A DNA stretch of 64,000 nt, taken from NCBI GenBank assembly GCA_964016885.1, contig OZ024750.1, forward strand, positions 11,222,001-11,286,000, given 5' to 3'. This DNA is from Eledone cirrhosa (taxonomy: Eukaryota). Both the position numbers and the translations under genes were made by a program. How positions within the stretch are numbered: position 1 is the first letter of the stretch; each line of letters opens with the position of its first letter. This document shows, piece after piece, positions 1 to 12,571 of the stretch. The notes under the pieces are model-generated. The model was not told the DNA's origin. It did no database searches and saw only the letters and a program-made list of their open reading frames with translations.

Positions 1-193
1 GATCCAACTACACTGATTATTTGATCGGTCTGTAGTACAATTATTTAGTGAGATCTTCAGCTGCAGTAACTAGAACAGGGTAGTGCACATATTATTTTGG
101 AACGAGTTGGTGAAGCTGATGGTGGCGGTATCTACTAAATATTGGCAGATGTTCTTTTGAATGTATTAGTTCATTTTTTTACATTATTATTAT

Positions 194-385
194 CGGTGGA
201 TTGGCAGTATCGGTAGAGGGTCGGACGCCATGCTTTCCAGCATAGTTACGTCCCTTTACGATCTGAGTTCAAATCCCGCCGAGGTTGACTTTGCCTTTCA
301 TCCTTACGGGGTCGATAAAATAAAGTACCAGTAATGCACTGGGTAATTGCTGGCCTTGTGCCTAAAGTAGAAACAATTATTATCA
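194..385 (+). mobile_element. tRNA-derived SINE family 1 (octopus-type, Meta-like core)
   Basis: A-box-like TGGCAGTATCGG, B-box GAGTTCAAATCCC, core CTTTGCCTTTCATCCTTACGGGGTCGATAAAATAAAGTACCAG, tail GTAGAAACAATTATT; about 30 copies in the window. Confidence 0.9.
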
Positions 386-393
386 TCATCATC

Positions 394-925
394 ATTATTA
401 TTATTATTGTACTTTGAGTCTCAGTCATTGATGTTAGTTAACTGGAAAGTTTGTTGAAATGAATATCAAGCCACTACCTGCAGCCTCAGACATTCAGGAC
501 GTATCGGAGGGTTCTTGCTGTTCCCAGCAAGCATGCCTTTTGAAGTGTTCCAAAAAGCGGGGCTGGACTAATCTTCTTTAACCATCCTTGGAAACTCTTT
601 GAGATAGTATCTAGTGCGCGTATGACAATCGGGACGACCTTGATTTCATGGCTGTTCCAAATCCTTTTTAACTCCCACTTTAAGTCCTGGTATCGGTTAA
701 TTTTTCTGCCTCTCCTTTTCTTGCACTCTCGTGTCAAAGGGCAGGCTACATCTACAATCAGGCACGATCTTTTTTCCTTGTCCAAAACCACCAGGTCAGG
801 TCTATTGTGTTCTAATTTCTTGTCCGTCTGAATACTAAAATCCCATAGCAGCTTCACCTGATCGTTTTCTGTCACCGACTCTGGCTTATACTCATACCAC
901 TTCTCAGAATGTGGTAAATTGTTTA
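394..925 (-). mobile_element. 3' fragment of RLE-type non-LTR retrotransposon (R4/Dong-like), restriction-like endonuclease region plus 3' UTR and (AAT)n tail
   Basis: ORF 486-875 LWDFSIQTD..HNRPDLVVLD..IVDVACP..RYQDLKWELKRIW..VVPIV..QKACLLGTA fits the RPD..D..K-Y RLE signature. Confidence 0.85.
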
Positions 926-939
926 GCTTGCATAGATGC

Positions 940-940
<1 letters not shown>

Positions 941-997
<57 letters not shown>
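941..997. repeat. (ATT)n microsatellite, tail or target of the adjacent RLE LINE
   Basis: Direct sequence. Confidence 0.95.
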
Positions 998-999
<2 letters not shown>

Positions 1000-1390
1000 A
1001 GTTGCATTTATCTTCTTTATGTTCATACGAGTTATCACCAAGTCACAACCAGTGACCTCAAGAGACAACAAGGTCCGCCATGTTCAAGAAAGAACACACA
1101 TACACACATGCATATTTAGGTGTTTAGACTTGTGATGTACTTATATTGACAGAATCTTCCTTAGTATATGGGCAGTTCCCATTAGTACTATCTTTTGTAT
1201 TTCTCCTATACGCGGGTTTCCTGGGATTTGCGATAAGTAATCATTAGCCCCCTTATGTATCATTCCTAGAGCGCCTACAACCACTGGTATTGTTTTAGTT
1301 CTCAATTTCCACATTTTTCCAATTTCTATCTCCAGGTCCTTATACTTGCTCAATTTTTCAAATGTTTTTATAGATACATTCTTGTCCATT
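998..1390 (-). mobile_element. Second RLE-type (R4/Dong-like) LINE 3' fragment
   Basis: ORF 1141-1389 EKLSKYKDLEIEIGKMW..TIPVVVGALG..QKIVLMGTAHILRKIL, followed by a 3' UTR running into (AAT)n. Confidence 0.85.
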
Positions 1391-1395
1391 ATTAT

Positions 1396-1570
1396 GGCAG
1401 TATTGGTAGAGTGTCGGATGCCATGCTTTGGCGCATAGAGTTACGGCCCTTGCCATTCTGAGTTCAAATCCTGCCGAGGTTAACTTTGCCTTTCATCCTT
1501 ACGGGGTCGATAAAATAAAGTACCAGTAATACACTGGTTAATTGCTGGCCTTGTGCCTAACGTAGAAACA

Positions 1571-1575
<5 letters not shown>
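1396..1575 (+). mobile_element. SINE family 1
   Basis: Matches family consensus, with (ATT)n tail. Confidence 0.9.
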
Positions 1576-1605
<30 letters not shown>

Positions 1606-1823
1606 GTAATAACAAATATACTAATAAAATATGTTTTAACATTAGTGAAATGACAATGGAGTGAAATTTAATAGCTTTAATCAAACGCCAGTACTCTTGA
1701 GTCTATCAATCAACATAACTTAAAAATAATGATTCATTTTACTATACTGATGAGTTTCAACAAACAACAAACTCACGGAATAAACACATTTTTTGCCATC
1801 TGTCAAATGTATTGTGCACAGAA

Positions 1824-1850
1824 ATTACTACTACAACCATACTACTACTA

Positions 1851-1908
<58 letters not shown>

Positions 1909-1932
1909 CACTACCACTACTACTACTACTAC
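1824..1932. repeat. (TAC)n microsatellite
   Basis: Direct sequence. Confidence 0.95.
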
Positions 1933-2359
1933 TTGAAAGGAAGGGGAAAGTCGATTAAATCGACTCCAGTGCGTTATTGGTACTTTATTTTATTGACCTT
2001 GGAAGAGGTCATCATTTGGACTACAAGAGTGAAGCCGAGAGTCATTCAAGAAAAAGTATTTCAGGCCTAATTCGAACAGTAGATAGAACGTTGAGCTAAA
2101 TGGGTGTGAAAGTACAAGTGGTCTACTTCGAAAGGGATTAGCAATTGAACCCCTCTAAATATGTGGGAAGGATGGCGGTTCAAGAAAAATTAGGATAACA
2201 GACAAATGGTGTGAATATATTCTCCCAGTATATATTTTTTCATGCTTTTTAACGCTAAATATAACAATATACCATATTTGCCGGCCAATATTTTACGTAA
2301 ACTAAACGACTAATTCAGGTTTAAAAAAAAAAATCAAAGGAGACAACCTAGAAAAATGG

Positions 2360-2610
2360 GCTCCCACGTGCTGGCCTCCCCACAGCCCCGGCGGACAGAA
2401 TGGAGAAGGCGTTACCCTGGGAGGATGGTAAGGGAGACGCGCTGGAAGAGCCATTCCAACTCGCGAGGCTCACACCTGCGGCTGGCCAGCTCAGCGCCTA
2501 TGGTGGTGAGTAGGGAGGTATCCCTAGGGCCAAGAACACCAGAAGTCTCCACTGCCAAGGGTACGACAGCAAACCTGTCGGAGAAAATCCTCGTTTTATC
2601 ACTGTGACGT
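2360..2610 (-). mobile_element. CRE-clade-like non-LTR retrotransposon C-terminal fragment
   Basis: FAVVPLAVETSGVLG..LLTTIG..RRCEPRELEWLFQRVSLTILPG*(NAFSIL-like) resembles the P.AVET.G..G / QRISLA.QRGNA..I RLE C-terminus; GC-rich island. Confidence 0.7.
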
Positions 2611-3189
2611 TTACAGCCACAGGCGTACAATCACCATTTTAAGCACCCAGGAGAGTATAAAACAGTAGTTGGATTTCTATAAATCTTCCACATTTACTTA
2701 CACAATGAGAAAAGTGAGAAGGGTGCGAATAATGTATGTTAGTTCCTGAAATTCTTAAAAGAAAGATGTCTTGAAAATAAATGTTATAGAGAAATGCTTG
2801 ATATTTCTATGGAGACAGATCTAACGGGAATGTTAGGAATAAAATTATAGGAAAGACTTTTATCCGTGTACCTTTTCTTACCAAAAGACTGAAAACTCCA
2901 AAGAATAGAATTCTGTTTCCGAGACGTGTCAGTGAAAAATGTTACAGGATGAAAGCTTTGATCTAGTTTAACATATTCCATAAAGAATCGTCAAAATGCT
3001 CTCCAGCAAAGACACTTGACATGCTAGATCTAATAATCAAGTCGTCTTCTAAACAGCCTATAATCTTAAAAGGGGATCTACATGTTTGACAATGTAATCT
3101 TAGTTAACACTTTGATGACAAATGATTACTGATGTAATTCTTTTGGACAGGCCTGATCTATCACAACTAAACTGGAAGAAATAATGAAA

Positions 3190-3377
3190 TTTGGGGAGAA
3201 AGGGAAAGTCGATTAAATCGACCCCAGTACGTTACTGGTACTTTATTTAATCGACCCCGTAAGGATGAAAGGCAAAGTTAACCTCGGCAGGATTTGAACT
3301 CAGACCGTAAAGGACTGTAACTCTATGCTGCGAACATGGCGTCCGACTCTCTACCGATACTGCCAATCCACCTCCCT
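3190..3377 (-). mobile_element. SINE family 1 (long 3' variant)
   Basis: Reverse complement of consensus. Confidence 0.85.
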
Positions 3378-4920
3378 TAAACTGGGGATAAATAACAGCT
3401 TTCTCCTTAGCATCTCTATATTTTGTTTATCATATTTTTAACGTACATGTGTTGAGGTATGACATTATTTTAGGTTCTATATTTAACGATGATATCTAAG
3501 GGTTCAACATTTCTTATAAAATAATTTGGCAATATCGAATCCATTTTAGTGGTGGAGCTCATTTATTTGGAGTGATTTCGCTTGCTCCTAACTGATCCTA
3601 AGGATCAGCTGAGGCATAAAATATCACCTATGATATTTATAAATGAGGTTCTTACTTCATTAGCAACACGATCGATTGTTGATTGCATCAAACTGATTGG
3701 TTATAGATAGGATCGTTGTGCAACTAGCTATTTTCTCCTATTCGAATTCTCTAAACAAATTTATAAATCTCTATTTCACTGAGCTAACTTAGATATATTT
3801 GTTCACCTTATTCCTCTCCTACTGTCACGTAAGCAAAAGCTATCTGTTTGAGTAATGGCTGTAGATGTATTACTCGATTGGTTGTTGTAACTCCGTTGGC
3901 ACTGTCATAATCATCGTCATCGGCGCCATCGTCGTCGTCGTCGCCGCCGCCGTCATCTTCGTTGATATTTTTTTTTTATTATTTTTTTTTTTCACAAGAC
4001 AGTTACTTGTGTAACTAGCTGCCTCCTAGGTAAATGCATTTAACTGCAATACTTCAGATTTCAGAACTTAAACTTGAATTTCCTAGGGTAGAGTGCAATG
4101 CTTATCTCCAGCTTTTTATCTGCATCAGACATCATTTAAAGATATATTCTATAATATCTATCATACATGTAAAATATGTTTGAGAAATATTCTACGCTTA
4201 AAATAAAATACTTCTATAATCTCGGTGGCCCGGCTTTTTGCCTAAATACATCTTTGACAGAGGTTAGGCTAAATGTAAAAACCATATTTTTTAATATACA
4301 AAGCATTGGGGAGTATGAAATTTCAACATTCACAAAGGTATCATAAATTAACTAAATACATAGTTGGTAAGTAGGCGTAATTCGAGTCATCTGCACCAAT
4401 GATCACTTATTTCAGGTTTCGGAGATTTGCTGATAATAAAACACTTTATGTAATAAGAACATAAATAACAACTTTCTAAAGGTTTTCTATTGCGGATTTT
4501 CCTATATTTATTGCCGATAGGGAAATATTTATCCATGGTGCTAAGAAGGTTTTTTTCCTTATATTGGATTGGATATTAAAGTTGACGGAAGTGCGAATCA
4601 AATTATTTCCTCATATCTATTTTGGTAGTGGAACTAGTGGTTATGTACTCAAGTGCAAGTGATTCTATGTTTAATAATGTTGTTGGCTAGGGTACAATCA
4701 CAGTAACTGGCTACTCTAGTGGAAATATCTCTCTTGGAATAAAGTTGGACATTCTTATTTATATTCAATAGGGCTTCCTTTTAAGATTAAAAACCTGAAG
4801 CCGAACCGTGTATATATTGAGAATGATCGTAGCTGAGTAATTGTATATGTGTGGTTGGATTAAGTTAGTTCTTGTTTACTTTTATTTTGTTGTTAGGATG
4901 GTTTGTGATATATATATATT

Positions 4921-5037
<117 letters not shown>

Positions 5038-5166
5038 TTAAGAGTTAAACAAGATTCAATGAATACATCAAAGAATGAGTTTTACAATAGATTGGAAGCA
5101 CTCTACTGAAAATATTCTCCAGAGTTATTAATATTAATTCCAAATAGATATTCTTGTGATCAATTA

Positions 5167-5233
5167 TATTTTATTATACATATTTCAGAGGTACTGAATT
5201 AAGTTCAACAGTACGTCCTCATCAGATAAAATA
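5167..5233 (-). ncRNA. Type I hammerhead ribozyme motif
   Basis: Reverse complement reads TATTTTAT CTGATGA GGACGTACTG..CAGTACCTCT GAAA TATGTA TA ATAAAATA. Confidence 0.8.
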
Positions 5234-5851
5234 AAATGATACATGACATACCCTGACATGGTAGATGGTTAAGATTTAATCAAGGTAGTGATTAACTTAT
5301 GACAAAACTCAATATTTATACCCTAATATTGAGAACATGAGGAAACGTAATAGAATCAATAGAGAGAGTGTGAGTAATATATTTTAAGAAATACATGGCA
5401 TCAATATAACAGTTATAGAATTTTTTATATTTAAAAACTACTAGAGAAATAATAGGGAGAGTAAAGCATAGAGGAAGAAGTAGCTGATGTTATAACTTAT
5501 TTAATATTTAGCTTGAGAAGACAGATGAAAGATGAATTAAAGAGAGGGAGAGACAAAGGGGAGTAATTTATGCTCAAGTTTCTACACACACAGAGATTCT
5601 TATATAGCATAGTTGGCGGTTAATTTTCAAAACATTTAATTTATGTTATTTCTCTAGTAGTTTTTAAATATTAAAAATTCTATAACTGTTTTATTGATGC
5701 CATGTATTTCTTAAAATATATTACTCACACTCTCTCTATTGATTGTATTACGTTTTCTCATGTTCTCAATATTAGGGTATTGTCATAAGTTAATCACTAC
5801 CTTGATTAAATCTTAACCATATACCATGTCAGGGTATGTCATGTATAGTTT

Positions 5852-5918
5852 TATTTTATCTGATGAGGACGTACTGTTGAACTTAATTCAGTACCTCTGA
5901 AATATGTATAATAAAATA
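5852..5918 (+). ncRNA. Type I hammerhead ribozyme motif
   Basis: TATTTTAT CTGATGA GGACGTACTGTTGAACTTAATTCAGTACCTCT GAAA TATGTA TA ATAAAATA; 8-bp stem I, predicted cleavage after 5910. Confidence 0.82.
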
Positions 5919-5984
5919 TAATTGATCACAAGAATATCTCTTTTGTTAATATTTGGAATTAATATTATATATATATATATATAT

Positions 5985-6209
<225 letters not shown>

Positions 6210-6751
6210 ACTGACAGGTATAAAGGCACATCACATATATATATATACATATATAGACACATATTTAAAAAGATCAAGATAGAATAATATCATAATACTC
6301 ATAATAATCACAAAATCACACCACCATTTTGTTTGAAGACATGCTGTAGCACTCCCAAATGAGTAAATGTATTATTTTCAGAAATGTTCGGAACATAATC
6401 AAAATTACAAATGATGCTATTTTCTATCGAAAATTTATGCACAAAACTTTGTTTACAAACAAAGCAAAAAAACATTGTTATTTTCAGGCAAGTCAAATTA
6501 TTATTTTACAAAATTCAAAATATTTCTGTATTTACATTTATGCTATGTTTTCAGGTAATACGCAAACTTAAGACAGTAATATCTAAATACTTGATGCCAA
6601 TTATAATATTGTCAATAAATATTGATTTTTAAATTAGACACATGATGAGAGATATTTAAGGTGAATACTGTCGGTTATATATTTTGACGACTCCAAGGTT
6701 TTGCTGAGCCTAATGGTATTTGATATTGATACATTTATTATCATTATTGAT

Positions 6752-7176
6752 GTGGTGGTTTAGCAGCATCGGTAGAGCGTCGGAAAATATGCTTTGCGGC
6801 ATAAAATCACAGCCTCTGAGTTCTGAGTTCAAATCCCGTCGGGGTTAGCTTTGCCTTTCATCATTAAGGCATCGATAAAATAAAGTACCAGTAACGTACC
6901 GGGGTACATTTAATCGACTTTCCTTTCCCCAGGACCTGTGCTTCCTAAATCAGAAACAATTATTAATATTGATACATTTATGATCTTTATTAATATTGGC
7001 AGTATCGGTAGAGGGTCGGACGCCATGCTTTGCGCATAGAGTTACGGCCCTTGCCATTCTGAGTTCAAATGCCGCCGAGGTTAACTTTGCCTTTCATCCT
7101 TACGGGGTAGATAAAATAAAGTACCAGTAATGCACTGGGTAATTGCTGGCCTTGTGCCTAACGCAGAAACAATTAT
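6752..7176 (+). mobile_element. Two head-to-tail SINE family 1 copies
   Basis: Consensus match; ATATTGATACATTTAT flanks the first copy on both sides. Confidence 0.85.
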
Positions 7177-7954
7177 TGATATAGTAATGATATTTTAATA
7201 TAGATTATATTTGTTCTGCTGTTTGAATGAAATTAATATTGAAATATTATTTCCTACACATGAAAATTAACGTAGGAATAAAATCCAATCTTTTGCGCTA
7301 CATGCATATCGCAGGGAATATTAATGATATAATCCAACGGTTGAGAAATTAAGTTCATAGATGTGAACGAAGGTTATCCAGAAACTCTCAAAGCTGTTCT
7401 GAGATATAATTAAGATTATATTCACTTCTGTCAGCAGATTTTCTAACATGGTTGTTATCTAGATTATAACATGGTGATAAATTTCTATGTTGATGGGCGC
7501 GCACATACGCGCACACACACACACATCTATATACACACAGACATGCAAATATACACAGATACACAGAAACATGTCTCTGTATATATGTTTTACTCTAGCT
7601 AAGGTCATGCCGGGCCACCGCCAGTGCATGTATATATTACCAGTAAAAGCTTAGAATATTCTGAGAGTTCAGTCTGTGATGCCATAGAAAACGATCACTC
7701 ATACCAGAATATATCAGTTAAGATTAAGTTTTCTTATTTCTATTTATATTTGATGCTTATAAAAACGGATAGATTGAAAATATATTGCACATCTTTCGTC
7801 TTTTGAAAAAGATGTACCTATCATTTTAAAATTGAAATATGTTCTTTTAAAAGCCAATATTAAATTTTGATGTTTTTTTTATATATTTCTACGAACACGT
7901 ATTTAGACCAATGACTTTTTGGGTGAATAAATTTTATATATATATATATATATA

Positions 7955-8112
7955 TAGGAAAAGAGTCAGAACCCCGACAGCTGAGCTCGGGCCCGTTTCG
8001 ACAGCTAGATCCGTCGGGGTCCTAACACTTTTCCTATTAACTCTACTACCCTAAGTATCGAGTACTCTGGTGCGTTATGGTCTACCTAGTTTCTTTCCAC
8101 ACTTTCTTTGTT
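7955..8112 (+). mobile_element. TA-inserted hairpin element family 'PLE-A'
   Basis: TAGGAA..CCCCGAC..GTCGGGGTC..TTCCTATT hairpin plus tail ..GAGTACTCTGGTGCGTTATGGTC..CCACACTTTCTTTG. Confidence 0.75.
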
Positions 8113-8189
8113 TTATATATATATATGTCCCAAGGCTCTGATACCATCAACACTATAAACACAGAGCTGGCATATCTAAGAACTGACTA

Positions 8190-8245
8190 ACTGCCTGATG
8201 AGGTCATAGCCATTCAATGGCTATCATCGAAATATATATAGCAGT
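8190..8245 (+). ncRNA. Type I hammerhead ribozyme motif (intact core)
   Basis: ACTGC CTGATGA GGTCATAGCCATTCAATGGCTATCATC GAAA TATATA TA GCAGT; palindromic stem III loop. Confidence 0.88.
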
Positions 8246-8286
8246 AAATAAAGAATTATGAGTTCATGCAATTGACTTATGTTTCG

Positions 8287-8366
<80 letters not shown>

Positions 8367-8422
8367 CGAAACATAAGTCAATTGCATGAACTCATAATCC
8401 TTTATTTACTGCTATATATATT

Positions 8423-8466
<44 letters not shown>

Positions 8467-8507
8467 CGAAACATAAGTCAATTGCATGAACTCATAATCC
8501 TTTATTT

Positions 8508-8563
8508 ACTGCTATATATATCTCGATGATACCCATTGAATGGCTATGACCTCATCAAGCAGT
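8508..8563 (-). ncRNA. Decayed hammerhead copy
   Basis: Reverse complement reads ACTGC TTGATGA ... GAGA TATATA TA GCAGT (two core substitutions). Confidence 0.7.
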
Positions 8564-10418
8564 TAGTCAGTTCTTAGATATGCCAGCTCTGTGTGTATAG
8601 TGTTGATGGTATCAGAGCCTTGGGACATATGAGCTTGTTAGGAATAATTTAATGTTGTCAGCAGGAATAGTCTTGATTCTCATTGGTCAGTTTGTAGATG
8701 GTAGTAGGGTTGGTATTTGACCTCAAAGAGGCAGGTGGTGTTGTAAAGTTCAAACCGTCAGGCAAGATGACAATAGTTCCATATGACTGATTTTCACAAA
8801 AAGCATTCCCGGTCAGATATATATTCAATTAAGGTTAATAGTATGAAATAGATACTACAGGTCATTCTTAATTGAGAAATATATATATGGTGGTGGTATT
8901 TTATCATCGGATCATCCCTAAATAACAAGAACAATAATCAAACCCATTCGAACTGTGCCCATCCCGTCTCCTTTCAGTTCTAATTAGAATTGCATTAACT
9001 AATGTATCTATTTATTTGTGAGCTGTTAGGGTGAAAATTTTGCGAGAATTTGCTGTTATACTGAACAGGTCAAACAACAATATAGGATCTCCTGCTGATA
9101 CCTCGTTACTTGTGTAATTTTATTTGATTGAAATTGAATATGATATTTGTTGATGGATTGTTATATGTTGGGTGTTGATTGAATAGATGGATTTATGTGA
9201 GTTGCATTATTCTAATGAAAAATGGTTTTCAAGAATACTTGTGTGGGTTGTATTATGATGAATGTTTATCGTACGAGCTGCGATGCTATTGATTTGAAAG
9301 TGTTATTCATAGGATATGTAGCGTGCCTAGCAGCGCTATGTTTGGACTATGTAAATTCGTAATTCTTTGAAAGTATGTTTATATAATTGTTTATATTATA
9401 CTTTACTATAAGAATTATATTAGTTACCGTTTTTACTTCCATACAACATCTACTGTTTATTTCTCATTTAAAATCTTTCTGCTTTGACAGATTTTTCTTT
9501 ACATACTTTCGTGTGTTAGGTTTATGTAATTTTCTAACTAACAATCAGCTCTAACTAACTATGTACACTCCAACATATAGGCATCCATCTTGGAAACTTA
9601 GTATTTGTGAAAGAAAATCGTAATGTTTTGTCGAAAACATTTATTTGAAATCAATGTTTTGGTCACTCAGTCCATTCACAACTCGTTAATCCTCACACTA
9701 TCTCAGAGATATCAAAAGGGATGAGTGTGCAGATCTAAAGGATGTGACGAAAATGCAGATATTACGTAACATCTCGTGCAAGCGTTTGACCAGATGTTTC
9801 TTTTGTGATGAAGATCGATAATCGATTCTATAATTTTCAGTACATTTTTTTAATACATATTTTTGTTGCGAGAAGAAAAGCAAAAATCAACAGCGGTTTG
9901 AGCCAAGAATATTAAAGAAAGTATCTAAATATTACAAGATATTTAATGCAACACATTAATCTTACTGTAATTCTACTGTCCTACTAAATGTGAAAATATA
10001 TCAATAATTCATTAAATGATAGAACATATGTTTAACAACTTGTTAGATCTACATATCTGACTCCAGAAAACTGTCATCATGCAGAAATGTTGTCATTAAA
10101 GCATTATATCAATTCTATTTTCAGATAAATTATCACATAAGGCAACATTTATGCTACCATGATTGAAATACCACCTTGGTGAGTATATATATATATATAC
10201 ATATATCAGAAATCATCATGTCTTTGATTTTAATTTTCGTATCAAATGTATTAATATCTCTTGCAACACACAAACTTAAAAATTACTTTCGTTCTTTCGC
10301 AACAAAATGTTGCGAAAAAATGAAAACGATAGGAAAGTCTGAATAGATAGAAATGTCAGACTACTTGATCGCCATACAGTTTAATTCAGCTTTCTGTATT
10401 TCATAGTTTCTTGACAGG

Positions 10419-10458
<40 letters not shown>

Positions 10459-10579
10459 TGGAAAATGTGTGAGATCCTTGGTACAGTTAGGTATATTTGA
10501 AAGAAAGGAAAAGAATGACTTCACTTGTAGTTCTAAATAATTTGATTTAATTTTATAATATTATAATATTATGAGAAAT

Positions 10580-10772
10580 GGCGGTGGATTTGCAGTATCG
10601 GTAGAGGGTCGGACGCCATGCTTTGCAGCATAGTTACGTCCCTTTACGGACTGAGTTCAAATCCCGCCGAGGTTAACTTTGCCTTTCATCCTTACGGGGT
10701 CGATAAAATAAAGTACCAGTAATACACTGGATTAATTGCTGGCCTTGTGCCAAAAAGTAGAAACAATTATAA
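10580..10772 (+). mobile_element. SINE family 1 with TSD ATTATAATATTATGAG
   Basis: Consensus match and flanking direct repeat. Confidence 0.9.
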
Positions 10773-10794
10773 TATTATGAGTTGGTAGATCTAC

Positions 10795-10849
<55 letters not shown>

Positions 10850-10855
<6 letters not shown>

Positions 10856-11205
10856 CAAGGACGATCTGTGAAGCTTTCAATGCGAGTATTGATTGGTGAC
10901 GCACGTTTCGCTATTGATCAGCTCAAGTTTCGATCTGTATCGATCTGACCCGACTCTGGATTCAAAAGCTCGTCGGACCTCTGTTGTAGTAATGACGGAA
11001 GTCCGACGAGGTTTTGATTCCAGAGTCAGGCCAGATCGATACAGATCGAACCTTGAGCTGATCAATAACGAAACGCGCGTCACCAATCAATAAACACAAC
11101 GAAGGCTTAAAAAATCGTCCTTGTATTAATATATTACACTCTGACTAGCTCTACACCTCGCTACTGACGTGAACCTACAGTAACTTCACGTGACACTCTC
11201 TGGAT
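10850..11205. mobile_element. PLE-like relic: ~280-bp palindrome with long-stem-II hammerhead variants on both strands
   Basis: 10850-10980 is the reverse complement of ~11000-11128; CCGACGA..GAAACGCGCGTC. Confidence 0.7.
11001..11084 (+). ncRNA. Hammerhead-like motif, CCGACGA core variant, ~60-nt stem II
   Basis: GT CCGACGA GGTTTTGA..TCAATAAC GAAA CGCGCG TC ACC; mirror copy at 10895-10979 (-) has GGT/ACC stem I. Confidence 0.55.
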
Positions 11206-11272
11206 ATATTGTGTGCTTTATATCAGTTATAAAAATATTTTGCTTGTTGTATCCCAACAAATTAAATATAAC

Positions 11273-11368
<96 letters not shown>

Positions 11369-11723
11369 ATGAGAAGAAAGAAGAATACTGCGTGGTTTGC
11401 ACATGGGTTACATATGATAAAAATAGTCCTTCGTCAGTGATTTTCTAACCATCATTGGTATTTCATCGCATTAAAAATCAGATACCTCAGGTTGGTGCGA
11501 GCAATAATCTAAAAAAGTTATTGGGACCAGTAATCGCGTAAAGCGAGGGGGACAAGTGAACAACATAGAAGGATAAAAACAAACCAAAGAAAGGAAATAA
11601 ACAATATATATATATATTACGTATACAGATTTCGGAGCATTCACAGCTACATATTCAGAATTAGAATGGACATTTTGAAAGCGTATCGGTCACATATTTA
11701 GTAATGATCGAAGCGTGTCTGGG

Positions 11724-11767
<44 letters not shown>

Positions 11768-12142
11768 CGGTAAGTGGTTAGTTGAAAGGTTGATTGGGCT
11801 GGTTCATCGTTTAATGCTTTTTGGATGGTCGATTAATGTTGTTTAGATCCAGGTCATATCTCATCAAGCAGACATGCTATTGGAAATCTTCCAATGTTTA
11901 GTGCGCCACCATTTCTTTAGCTAGAATATCATTAACGAGAACGCGGTTTGAGATAAATTCTGATTCTTTTAATAAATAAACAGTATAACAAATGCTAGAT
12001 TTAATTTTCGGTGTTTGTCATTTTATATATAACTCTATTCCTCTAAATGGAATTGTATGAATGAAAACTAAGTAGGTGTAGCACTATACTGGTGTCGAAG
12101 AATACTTTGTATATTGTGGCAGTCGTGATGGTAGTAATAATG

Positions 12143-12389
12143 GTTTCTTATATAGGAACAAGGCCAGCAATTACCTAGTACATTACTGGTACTTTATTTT
12201 ATCGACCCCGTAAGGATGAAAGGCAAAGTTAATTTCGGCTCATGATTAGAAGGGTTTTAAATATAATCATCATCATTATGTATATATAGGGCGGTGGATT
12301 GGCAGTATCGGTAGAGGGTCGGACGCCATGCTTTGACGCATAGAGTTACGGCCCTTGCCATTCTGAGTTCAAATCCCGCCGAGGTTAAT
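12143..12389. mobile_element. Two partial SINE family 1 copies (3' half on -, 5' half on +)
   Basis: Consensus fragments. Confidence 0.8.
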
Positions 12390-12476
12390 TGAGGTTTGTA
12401 TGGCTATTAATGGTGATAGTGCAAGTGGCACTGATAAGAATAGGTGTAATTTCTATATGGCGGATCCTTAATTTGC

Positions 12477-12545
<69 letters not shown>

Positions 12546-12571
12546 ATATGTGTGTGTGTGCGCGCTGTGTT

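Larger units (their letters stand above)
8126..8825 (-). mobile_element. Penelope-like element 3' relic: GIY-YIG C-terminal remnant plus pseudo-LTR with inverted copy
   Basis: 8126-8291 is the reverse complement of ~8462-8628; minus-strand 8748-8815 gives DRECF/(frameshift)NQSYGTIVILPDGLN; HHR in both arms. Confidence 0.7.

Noticed and set aside
194-290. Functional tRNA gene
   Set aside because: tRNA-like head continues into SINE body and tail; many decayed copies
10877-11093. Paired sense/antisense 66-69 aa ORFs
   Set aside because: Consequence of the palindrome; no recognisable domain
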